Origin: Faecousia sp.
GTDB lineage: Bacteria; Bacillota; Clostridia; Oscillospirales; Oscillospiraceae
Assembly: GCA_045594845.1 (NCBI GenBank)
Contig: JAZNZH010000049.1
Coordinates: 16,790-80,789, forward strand
Direction: 5' to 3'
DNA length: 64,000 bases
The notes under the pieces are model-generated. The model was not told the origin of the DNA and did no database searches. It was given only the letters and a program-made list of their open reading frames with translations. The stretch's first letter is position 1; each line of letters begins with the position of its first letter. Below, piece by piece: positions 37,366 through 44,875 of the stretch. A program made the position numbers and the translations under genes.

Positions 37366-38592
37366 TTACAGGTATTCCTTCAGGATCTCCACATAGTTGC
37401 CGATCACGTAGTCCACCTGCTCATCGGTCAGGTTGGTGTGCAGGGGCAGGGTGATCTCGTTTTCGAAATGGGCATAGGCGTTGGGATAGTCCTTAATGTC
37501 GAAGCCCAGGTTCTTGTATGCGGTGTGCATAGGCAGGGGCTTATAATGGACGTTGCAGGCAACACCCTGCTCTGCCATCTTGGTGATGATCTCGTTACGC
37601 TGCTGGGCTGTGATGCCGGGAACGCGGGTCAGGTACAGGTGACCGGAGGATTGATAATCTTCAGTGTAGTGCGCAAGCACCTTGACACCCAGAGGCTTCA
37701 GAGCAGCATCGTACTTGCCGATGATCTCTTTTCTCCGGCGGAGCATTTCGGGATAGCGCTCCAGCTGCTTCAGGCCGATGGCAGCGGTGATATCGGTCAT
37801 GTTGCACTTATACCAGGTGCCGATAACGTCATATTCCCAGGCGCCCAGCTGGGTCTTTGCCAAGGCGTCCTTGCTCTGACCGTGGAGACTCAGAAGCTGG
37901 AGACGCTTATAAATGGCTTCGTCGTCGATGCCCATAATGGTGTTCCAGGTCAATGCGCCGCCCTCTGCGGTGGTCAGGTTCTTCACCGCGTGGAAGGAGA
38001 AAGAGGAAAAGTCGGCAATGGCGCCGGCCATCACGCCCTCTCGCTGGGCACCGAAGGCGTGGGCGGTGTCTGCCAGGATGGCAATACGGCCCAGTGCTTT
38101 CTGAAGACCGGAATTGGGGCGGAAGAGCTTACTTTTGCGCAATACCATCGGGAAGAGTTTGCTGTAGTCACAGGGGATACCTGCCAGGTCTACGGCGATG
38201 ATGGCCTTGGTGTTCTCGTTGATGGCGGCCTCTACGGCATCATAGTCCATTTCCAGAGAATCCTTCTGACTGTCGATCAGCACCAGCTTTGCGCCCACAT
38301 GCTCCACTACGGAGGCGGAAGCGGTGTATGTATAGGCGGGAACGATGACCTCATCGCCGGGGCCGATACCCAATACCCGCAGCGCCATTTCTGCGCAGGC
38401 GGTCTGAGAGTTCAGACATACACACTTGTTCACACCCACATACTGGGCAATGTTGCGTTCCAGCTGCTTGGTCCGGGGACCGGTGGTGATCCAGCCGGAG
38501 CGCAGCGCTTCGGCGACCTCCTGCACCTCCAGCTCGGAGATGTCGGGAGGGGAGAAGGGGATGTTCATCTTTTCGGGAAAACGAGAGTCCAT
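37366..38592 (-). CDS. DegT-family aminotransferase of the AATGal-forming type (WcfR/AatB-like)
   Basis: NIPFSPPDI, SGWITTGP, SFHAVKNLTTAEGG, LHGQSKDALAK...WEYD and NVHYKPLP motifs. Subfamily recalled from memory. Confidence 0.85.
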   Translation of the reverse strand: MDSRFPEKMNIPFSPPDISELEVQEVAEALRSGWITTGPRTKQLERNIAQYVGVNKCVCLNSQTACAEMALRVLGIGPGDEVIVPAYTYTASASVVEHVGAKLVLIDSQKDSLEMDYDAVEAAINENTKAIIAVDLAGIPCDYSKLFPMVLRKSKLFRPNSGLQKALGRIAILADTAHAFGAQREGVMAGAIADFSSFSFHAVKNLTTAEGGALTWNTIMGIDDEAIYKRLQLLSLHGQSKDALAKTQLGAWEYDVIGTWYKCNMTDITAAIGLKQLERYPEMLRRRKEIIGKYDAALKPLGVKVLAHYTEDYQSSGHLYLTRVPGITAQQRNEIITKMAEQGVACNVHYKPLPMHTAYKNLGFDIKDYPNAYAHFENEITLPLHTNLTDEQVDYVIGNYVEILKEYL

Positions 38593-38657
38593 AATAATCG
38601 CTCCTTTTTAGGTTCAGCGGCCGCAAGACCGCAAAATGGTATATTAATACTTATAGC

Positions 38658-38686
38658 ATTATACTATAATATAAAAAGAAAGGCAA
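38658..38686 (-). promoter_or_regulatory. SigA-type promoter of the polysaccharide operon
   Basis: Minus strand TTGCCT-17 bp-TATAAT in an AT-rich intergenic region. Confidence 0.7.
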
Positions 38687-38781
38687 GTTTTTTCGGCAAA
38701 AAGATGCATAAAAACCACTGTGTTTTCTTGTGATTATAGACAAGAAAAGCGGAAAAATCTGTCGAAAACAAAAAAGAACAC

Positions 38782-38814
38782 AAAAAAACGCCACCTTCAC
38801 AGGGAAGGTGGCGT
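38782..38814 (-). terminator. Rho-independent terminator
   Basis: Minus strand ACGCCACCTTC-cctgt-GAAGGTGGCGT followed by a T run. Confidence 0.88.
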
Positions 38815-38828
38815 ATGGGGCAAATTGG

Positions 38829-39395
38829 TCAGAACTTTTCCTGGTAGCTGATTTTCACAGCGTCCTCGCCGTGAGCGTCCAGAAGATGCTTCTGGAAGGT
38901 GGAGATCAGGGGAGCCTCCTCGTTGTCCAGACCGTAAGCGATAACAACATGATTGTCACCCACGGTGGCGATCAGGAGTTTCTCGGGGAAGCCGCAGAAC
39001 CACTGGGTGGTCATGATGGTGTCACGCATGGTCTTGGTGAAAGCAGCGATGTCGGTGCCATCCTTCATTTCCAGGGCAGCGCCGGTGAAGGAGTTCTGAT
39101 TCATATGCATCATAGTTGCAGCACCGGTGATGTTCGCCATCTGATCCTGAGGAACATAGAGAATGGTCTGCAGGAAATCGCGGTTTTCCTTCATATCCAC
39201 CACCATATCCAGGGAAGCGTTAAATACCACATCGTCCTTCTTATACTGGGCTACAGCGCCGGCCAGGATGGAGATGGGGGTGTAGGAGACTTCCTTCGGG
39301 GGCTCAGTGGGAGCGGGGGTGTCCTTGCCGGAGCAAGCGGCGCACAGGCCTACTACCATCACCAGCAGCATAAAGACAGCAATCAGTTTTTTCAT
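38829..39395 (-). CDS. Hypothetical lipoprotein
   Basis: MKK, hydrophobic stretch, lipobox CAAC/S, then a Pro/Thr linker. Confidence 0.8.
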   Translation of the reverse strand: MKKLIAVFMLLVMVVGLCAACSGKDTPAPTEPPKEVSYTPISILAGAVAQYKKDDVVFNASLDMVVDMKENRDFLQTILYVPQDQMANITGAATMMHMNQNSFTGAALEMKDGTDIAAFTKTMRDTIMTTQWFCGFPEKLLIATVGDNHVVIAYGLDNEEAPLISTFQKHLLDAHGEDAVKISYQEKF

Positions 39396-39859
39396 TGTTT
39401 GTTTTCCTCCAAATTTTTGTGTTTATCCTTGCGCAGGGTAAGCACAAGGGTGAAAATGCCGATACCGGCAATAATTCCTAAGGTGTCGATGCCTACATCA
39501 CGGATGTGGGGGCCCCGGTTGGGTACGATCAGCTGGATGCATTCATCAACAGTGCCAACCAAAATACCTATGGGCAGAGAGAAGAGATAGGGCTTTTGCA
39601 GCAGCTTCAGCAGCAGACTAAGCAAAAAGCCCAGAGAGCAAAATTCCAGGACATGGGCGATCTTGCGCAGGATTCCGTCTCCGGTGGGCATACCATCGGC
39701 GCCGTCGCCGGGAAACAAAAAGGCAAGAACGTCCCGGACAAAGTGGCTGATGGCCGCGGAAATGTGGCCGGGCAGCAGGGAATTGCCCCAAATGAACACC
39801 AAATTCACCGTCAGGGCAGCAATGCACAGACGGAGATTGCGCTTTCTTAGCATATCCAT
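39392..39859 (-). CDS. VanZ-family membrane protein
   Basis: FIWGNS, LRKIAH..EF, DECIQ..VPNR and DVGID motifs. Confidence 0.88.
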   Translation of the reverse strand: MDMLRKRNLRLCIAALTVNLVFIWGNSLLPGHISAAISHFVRDVLAFLFPGDGADGMPTGDGILRKIAHVLEFCSLGFLLSLLLKLLQKPYLFSLPIGILVGTVDECIQLIVPNRGPHIRDVGIDTLGIIAGIGIFTLVLTLRKDKHKNLEENKQ

Positions 39860-39860
39860 A

Positions 39861-40454
39861 TCAGAGCACCATTACACCCATGGTTTCAAGCACACCCTCC
39901 ACCAGGATCTTCAGACCCAGGAGGATCAGAATGGTGCCGCCTGCGATTTGGGCGGGTTTTTCGAATTTGCAGCCGAAGAGGTTGCCCAGCTTTACACCTG
40001 CGGTGCAGAACATAAAGGTGGTAACGCCGATCAGCAGTACGGCCAGGAAGATCTGGTTTTGCTCCAGCTGCATTGCCAGGCTGATGCCTACCGCCAATGC
40101 GTCGATGCTGGTGGCAATTGCCATTACGAACATCGTCTTAAAGGCAAGGTCATCGGTGTGATCTTCACAGTCGCAGCAACCGGACTTCAGTGCTTCTTTC
40201 AAAGTGTTAATACCAATGATGAGCAAAAGACCAAAAGCAACGAAATGGTCAAATGCTTCAATGACTCCGGCAAACAGGCTGCCCAGGAAAAAGCCGATGA
40301 GGGGCATCAGCGCCTGAAAACCGCCGAACCAGGCGCCACACACAAGGCCGTGGCGCAATTTGGCTTTTGGCATGGCAAGGCCTTTACATACGGACACCGC
40401 AAAGGCATCCATGCTGACACCTACCGCCAGCACAATCAGTTCCCATAAACCCAT
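39861..40454 (-). CDS. mntP: Manganese efflux pump MntP family
   Basis: VSMDAFAVS, FGGFQALMP and ATSIDALAVG motifs. Confidence 0.92.
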   Translation of the reverse strand: MGLWELIVLAVGVSMDAFAVSVCKGLAMPKAKLRHGLVCGAWFGGFQALMPLIGFFLGSLFAGVIEAFDHFVAFGLLLIIGINTLKEALKSGCCDCEDHTDDLAFKTMFVMAIATSIDALAVGISLAMQLEQNQIFLAVLLIGVTTFMFCTAGVKLGNLFGCKFEKPAQIAGGTILILLGLKILVEGVLETMGVMVL

Positions 40455-40482
40455 GTATGTTCCTCCGTCAATTCCTCGGGAG

Positions 40483-40511
40483 AGTATATCAGCAATTGAT
40501 ATCTATGTCAA
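40483..40511 (-). promoter_or_regulatory. mntP promoter with embedded inverted repeat
   Basis: Minus strand TTGACA-17 bp-TATACT (extended TG); ATATCA-N5-TGATAT at 40486-40502. Confidence 0.75.
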
Positions 40512-40526
40512 TAAAAAAGGCGGACC

Positions 40527-41237
40527 TTACAGAGCACACAATAACCTGGCAAGACCGGTGGTGACTGCAGCGCTGCGTTTTGCGGCCAGAGCTTCAAAGG
40601 TGGGGTAGTCCATATGGGCAGAGCCGTCGGCTTTGTCGGAGATGGCACGGATCACCACAAAGGGAATGCCGTTCTTCCAGGCGGCGTGGGCAATGGCGGC
40701 GCCCTCCATTTCTGTGCACAGCGCGCCGGTATTGGCAATGATGGAATCCTTCAAGGCGGGGTCACTGACAAACTGGTCGCCGCTGGCTATCCGACCAACC
40801 CGGCTGTGACCGGGATGTACAACCTCGGCTGCCTGCATAGCCAGGGCCTGCAGCGTCTCGTCGGCGGGGAAGGAATGCACCGGCATATCCGGGATCTGAC
40901 CCACCTTGTAGGCAGGGTTCAGACCCTGACAGGTAAAGTCGTGATACATAGCATCCCGGCTGATGACGAAGTCACCGATGTCCAGTTCCGCACACAGAGA
41001 GCCGGCAATACCGGTGTTGACAATGTGCGTGACACAGAAACAGTCACACAAAGCCTGGGCGCACAGCGCGGCATTGACTTTGCCTACGCCGCACACTACG
41101 ATCACCACAGGCATACCTTCCAGAATGCCTTCGTAAAAATCCATCCCAGCCATAGTTTTATGGGAAATGCCCTGTAATTGTGATTTTAAATGTTCCACTT
41201 CGACGCTCATAGCGCCGATGATACCTAATTTTTTCAT
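40527..41237 (-). CDS. mtnN: MTA/SAH nucleosidase
   Basis: GIIGAM..E, GVGKVNAA, NTGIAG, SGDQF, EMEGAA and IRAISDKAD motifs. Confidence 0.95.
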   Translation of the reverse strand: MKKLGIIGAMSVEVEHLKSQLQGISHKTMAGMDFYEGILEGMPVVIVVCGVGKVNAALCAQALCDCFCVTHIVNTGIAGSLCAELDIGDFVISRDAMYHDFTCQGLNPAYKVGQIPDMPVHSFPADETLQALAMQAAEVVHPGHSRVGRIASGDQFVSDPALKDSIIANTGALCTEMEGAAIAHAAWKNGIPFVVIRAISDKADGSAHMDYPTFEALAAKRSAAVTTGLARLLCAL

Positions 41238-41246
41238 AGGTCCTCC

Positions 41247-41723
41247 TTATGCGGGATAGACAAATCTGTCATCACCGGCTGTTTCTAACAGACGGACATA
41301 TCGGTCGCCCCAATAATTTGCCATAGGCAGGTTCATATCCAGGTAATTGCCGCAGTCTTTGGCGCTGGCGCCGGGGACATCCCCTCGGAAATCCCGGATG
41401 AAACGGAAGGTCTCCAGCACCAGAGGGAGCACATCCCGACTGGTGAGGTCACCTGCAAGCAGCAGGTAAAAACCGGTGCGGCAGCCCATAGGACCGAAGT
41501 AGAGAACTTTATCCTTCCACACCGGATCGTTGCGCAGATAAGTAGCGGCCAGATGTTCCATAGTGTGGATCTCGGCCGTATTCATAACCGGCTCTGCGTT
41601 GGGGTCTGTGATCCGCAGATCGAAGGTGGTAACGGTTTGGCTACCAACCTTGTCCTGACGGGAGACGTAAAGACCCGGCCGGAGCAGAATGTGATCAATG
41701 GTAAAGCTGGTGATCTTTTCCAT
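41247..41723 (-). CDS. luxS: S-ribosylhomocysteine lyase
   Basis: SFTIDH, HTMEH, PMGCRTGFY and CGNY motifs. Confidence 0.96.
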   Translation of the reverse strand: MEKITSFTIDHILLRPGLYVSRQDKVGSQTVTTFDLRITDPNAEPVMNTAEIHTMEHLAATYLRNDPVWKDKVLYFGPMGCRTGFYLLLAGDLTSRDVLPLVLETFRFIRDFRGDVPGASAKDCGNYLDMNLPMANYWGDRYVRLLETAGDDRFVYPA

Positions 41724-41751
41724 AGTTTTTCTCCTTATGCATAGTATATCC

Positions 41752-41810
41752 ATTATAGCTTAATTTCAAAATGATTGCAACTTGCTTTTTTGATAAGGAA
41801 TGGGTATAAT
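41752..41810. promoter_or_regulatory. Back-to-back divergent SigA promoters (luxS and the gene at 41845)
   Basis: Minus TTGCAA-17-TATAAT (41780-41752); plus TTGCTT-17-TATAAT (41782-41810). Confidence 0.72.
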
Positions 41811-41844
41811 TAAAGAGTAAAAAAACAGAGAAAGGGTGTTCAAA

Positions 41845-43215
41845 ATGGAGCAACCCAGAAGAAAAATGAGAAAACGCACTCCGATGGAGGCCTTTAAGCA
41901 GGACCGCCTTCCCCTGATCATTGCGGCAGTGGCGGTAATCCTGATTCTGGTGTTTATCATCGGCTCTATCTGCCTGGCGGTGGAGCGGGGCAAGGCCAAT
42001 AAGCGGCTTGCAAGAAAAGAGGCTGCGGAAAAAGCCCAGCATGAGCTGTGGGATAAAGAGCAGCACCAGGTGGCGGCGGAAGCAGACGCGCTGATGGCCC
42101 AGCTGGATTATGAGAAAGCGCTTGCGGTGCTGGAGGCGTTCGGGGGTGATCCTAAGGTCTATACCGCAGTGGGTACACGGCTGACCGATTGCCGCAATGC
42201 TATGGATACCATGGTGGTTTGGAACGACCCCGGTAAGGTGGTCAATCTTTCCTTCCAGATGCTGATCGCGGATACCGGCAGAGCCTTTAACTATCCGGTC
42301 TACGGCGGCTCTATCAATAAGAATTTCCTTACTGTGGAGGAGTTCGGCAAGCTCCTGCAGCAGATGTATGAAAGCGGCTATGTACTGGTGGACCGCCACG
42401 ATATCGTGGAGACAAAGACTGCCGAGGATGGAACTTTGACGTATATTCCCAAGGAGTTGAAGCTGCCCGAGGGCAAGAAGCCTTTGATGCTCACCGAGAC
42501 TAACGCTAACTATAATGCATACTTGGTAGACCCCAACGGGGACGGCCAGCCCGATGCCGAGGGCGCCGGCTTTGCGGCCAAGCTCATGGTGGATGAGGAC
42601 GGCGTTTTCGTCAACGAACTGATGACCAAGGACGGGAAACTGGTGCGGGGCGATTACGATGTGGTGCCGATCCTGGAAAAGTTCATTGCCACCCACCCCG
42701 GTTTTTCCTATAAGGGCGCAAGAGCCACCATTGCCCTCACCGGCAAGGATGGCCTGTTCGGCTACCGCACCAATACCGGTGCAGATAAAGAAGCGGCTAA
42801 AAAGGTAGCTGACGCGCTGAAAGAGACCGGCTACACGCTGGCTTGCTACAGCTACGGCAACGAGGACTACAGCTATTTGGAGTTGGGCGGCGTGCAGAAT
42901 GATCTGAAAAAGTGGGCCGAGGAAGTGGAACCCATCATCGGCAAGGTGGACACCTTCGTGTTTGCCCAGGGCGCAGATATCGGTGGTGCCGGTGCCTATA
43001 AGGGTGAGAAATTCAATACCCTTTATGAGGCGGGCTTCCGCTATTTTATAGGCTTCTGCGATAACGGCAAGGCCTGGGCCGGCGGGTATAAAGACTATTT
43101 CCGCCAGGGCCGGATCCTGGTCACAGCCGGTAATCTCAAGAGCCACGCCCAGTGGTTTGCGGGTATGTTTGACCCGGAGCTGGTGCTGGATGCGGCAAGA
43201 CCGGCAATCAACTAA
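41845..43215 (+). CDS. Membrane-anchored polysaccharide deacetylase-like protein, metal ligands apparently lost
   Basis: N-terminal TM helix and coiled coil; LT.EEF..LL..MY..GY, GKKPL, DVVPILE.FI..HP.FSY.GA and ALTG..G..GYRT segments. Confidence 0.68.
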   Translation: MEQPRRKMRKRTPMEAFKQDRLPLIIAAVAVILILVFIIGSICLAVERGKANKRLARKEAAEKAQHELWDKEQHQVAAEADALMAQLDYEKALAVLEAFGGDPKVYTAVGTRLTDCRNAMDTMVVWNDPGKVVNLSFQMLIADTGRAFNYPVYGGSINKNFLTVEEFGKLLQQMYESGYVLVDRHDIVETKTAEDGTLTYIPKELKLPEGKKPLMLTETNANYNAYLVDPNGDGQPDAEGAGFAAKLMVDEDGVFVNELMTKDGKLVRGDYDVVPILEKFIATHPGFSYKGARATIALTGKDGLFGYRTNTGADKEAAKKVADALKETGYTLACYSYGNEDYSYLELGGVQNDLKKWAEEVEPIIGKVDTFVFAQGADIGGAGAYKGEKFNTLYEAGFRYFIGFCDNGKAWAGGYKDYFRQGRILVTAGNLKSHAQWFAGMFDPELVLDAARPAIN

Positions 43216-43219
43216 AAAG

Positions 43220-43253
43220 AAAAGAACCTGCACAGAGGTGCAGGTTCTTTTTT
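43220..43253. terminator. Bidirectional terminator
   Basis: AAAAGAACCTGCAC-agag-GTGCAGGTTCTTTT. Confidence 0.9.
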
Positions 43254-44628
43254 ATATCTTCAAAATCAGCTGTGCAAACAGGAAATACACCAAAAGGGAC
43301 AGGGCGTCCACGATGGAGGTAATAAAGGGACTGGCCATCACAGCCGGGTCCAGCTTCACTGCCTTTGCCAGCAGGGGCAGAATGCCGCCGATGACCTTTG
43401 CCACCAGCACCGTGACTGCCAGCGCCAGACATACCACCAAATTCACCGCCAGGGTGATGTCGTGATTGCCCAGCAAAAGCACGTCGATCAGCTGAATCTT
43501 CACAAAGCACACCACTGCCAGCACAATGCCGCAGATCACGGAGGTGCGGATCTCCTTCCACAAAACCCGCAGCAGGTCGGAAAATTCCAGCTCTCCCAAA
43601 CTCAGACTGCGGATCACCGTAACGGAGGACTGAGAGCCGGAGTTACCGCCGGTACCCATCAGCATGGGGATAAAGGCGATCAGCACTGCCTGGGCAGCCA
43701 GGGCCTTTTCAAAGCCGTTGATGATCATACCGGTAAAGGTGGCGGATACCATCAGAAGCAGCAACCAGGGGATACGGTTCTTAAAAAGCTCCCACACACT
43801 GCTCTTGAGATAGGTCTTCTCAGAGGGAAGCATACCACCCATCATTTCGATATCCTCGGTGGCCTCTTCCTGCATAACGTCCATGGCGTCGTCGAAGGTA
43901 ACGATACCCACCATACGGTTTTCGTTATCCACAACGGGCAGGGCCAAAAAGTCGTATTTACTGAACATCCGGGCCACTTCTTCCTGGTCGGTGTGGGTGG
44001 TGACGGAGATCAGATTGGTTAACATAATATCTTCTACCGGGGTATCGTCGTCTTCTGCCAGAAGCAGATCCTTCACGGTCACAAGGCCTAAAAGCTTTCG
44101 ACCTTCGGTGACATAGCAGGTGTAGATGGTCTCCTTGTCCACGCCCTGACGGCGAATCCGCAGGATGGCCTCTTCCACGGTCATTTGGGGTCGCAGAGAG
44201 ACGTATTCCGTGGTCATAATGGAGCCGGCGGAATTTTCGGGATAGCGGAGGATCTGGTTGATGGACTTGCGCATTTCGGGATCTGCCTGCTTCAGGATAC
44301 GCTTGACCACATTGGCCGGCATTTCCTCTACAAGGTCTGCGGCATCGTCCACATACAGTTCATCCACAATTTCTTTCAGCTCATTATCGGAAAAGCCCCG
44401 AATCAGCAGCTCCTGCTGGTCGGGTTCCATTTCCACAAAGGTCTCTGCCGCCAGCTCCTTGGGAAGCAGGCGGAACAGGAGGGGAATGCGTTCCTCCTCC
44501 AGAGAGGTAAAGACTGCGGCAATATCCGCAGGGTTCATAGTTTGGAGGATGTCACGCAGGGTGGCATATTTTTTATCCTCCAGCATGGTAAGCAATGCTT
44601 TTTCTACGATTTCAAATCGTTCTGCCAT
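43252..44628 (-). CDS. mgtE: Magnesium transporter MgtE
   Basis: NPADIA, CBS pair (SAGSIMT, YDFLALPVVD), RIPWL, GGNSGSQ and DPAVMASPFITSIVD; AAGGAGG SD before the ATG at 44628. Confidence 0.96.
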   Translation of the reverse strand: MAERFEIVEKALLTMLEDKKYATLRDILQTMNPADIAAVFTSLEEERIPLLFRLLPKELAAETFVEMEPDQQELLIRGFSDNELKEIVDELYVDDAADLVEEMPANVVKRILKQADPEMRKSINQILRYPENSAGSIMTTEYVSLRPQMTVEEAILRIRRQGVDKETIYTCYVTEGRKLLGLVTVKDLLLAEDDDTPVEDIMLTNLISVTTHTDQEEVARMFSKYDFLALPVVDNENRMVGIVTFDDAMDVMQEEATEDIEMMGGMLPSEKTYLKSSVWELFKNRIPWLLLLMVSATFTGMIINGFEKALAAQAVLIAFIPMLMGTGGNSGSQSSVTVIRSLSLGELEFSDLLRVLWKEIRTSVICGIVLAVVCFVKIQLIDVLLLGNHDITLAVNLVVCLALAVTVLVAKVIGGILPLLAKAVKLDPAVMASPFITSIVDALSLLVYFLFAQLILKI

Positions 44629-44675
44629 AGGCGTTCCTCCTTCATTTTTTATGAAGGCAAAACACCGGGAAAAGG

Positions 44676-44741
44676 TCAGCGCCACCACAGGCGCTGCATA
44701 CTACTTCGGCCCGGTATATTGCCACTACTGCCAGCGTCCAT
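44676..44741 (-). CDS. Putative 21-aa leader peptide of mgtE (MDAGSSGNIPGRSSMQRLWWR)
   Basis: AAAGGAGG SD 7 nt before the ATG; lies within the transcribed leader between a consensus promoter and mgtE. Confidence 0.7.
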   Translation of the reverse strand: MDAGSSGNIPGRSSMQRLWWR

Positions 44742-44773
44742 GGTTTTCCCTCCTTTAGTGCACAGATACAGTT

Positions 44774-44802
44774 ATTCTATACTCCCCAAAAGACCTTGTC
44801 AA
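44774..44802 (-). promoter_or_regulatory. SigA promoter of the leader peptide-mgtE transcript
   Basis: Minus strand TTGACA-17 bp-TAGAAT. Confidence 0.82.
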
Positions 44803-44815
44803 CCCATCCCGGTAC

Positions 44816-44844
44816 TTGAAAAACAGAAAAATCCCTGTTATAAT
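44816..44844 (+). promoter_or_regulatory. SigA promoter of trkAH
   Basis: TTGAAA-17 bp-TATAAT with extended TG. Confidence 0.8.
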
Positions 44845-44875
44845 GGTATAAATTTTTGCTCCGGGAGGGATCTGG

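Noticed and set aside
36613-38733. 706-aa plus-strand ORF and other plus-strand ORFs across the polysaccharide locus
   Set aside because: Antisense shadows of clearly identifiable minus-strand genes.
44629-44770. M-box or NiCo riboswitch, or a Trp attenuator, upstream of mgtE
   Set aside because: I could not match M-box or NiCo consensus elements by eye, and there is no intrinsic terminator with a good U tail. Tandem Trp codons exist, but the downstream gene is unrelated to Trp. An Rfam scan is needed to exclude these formally.
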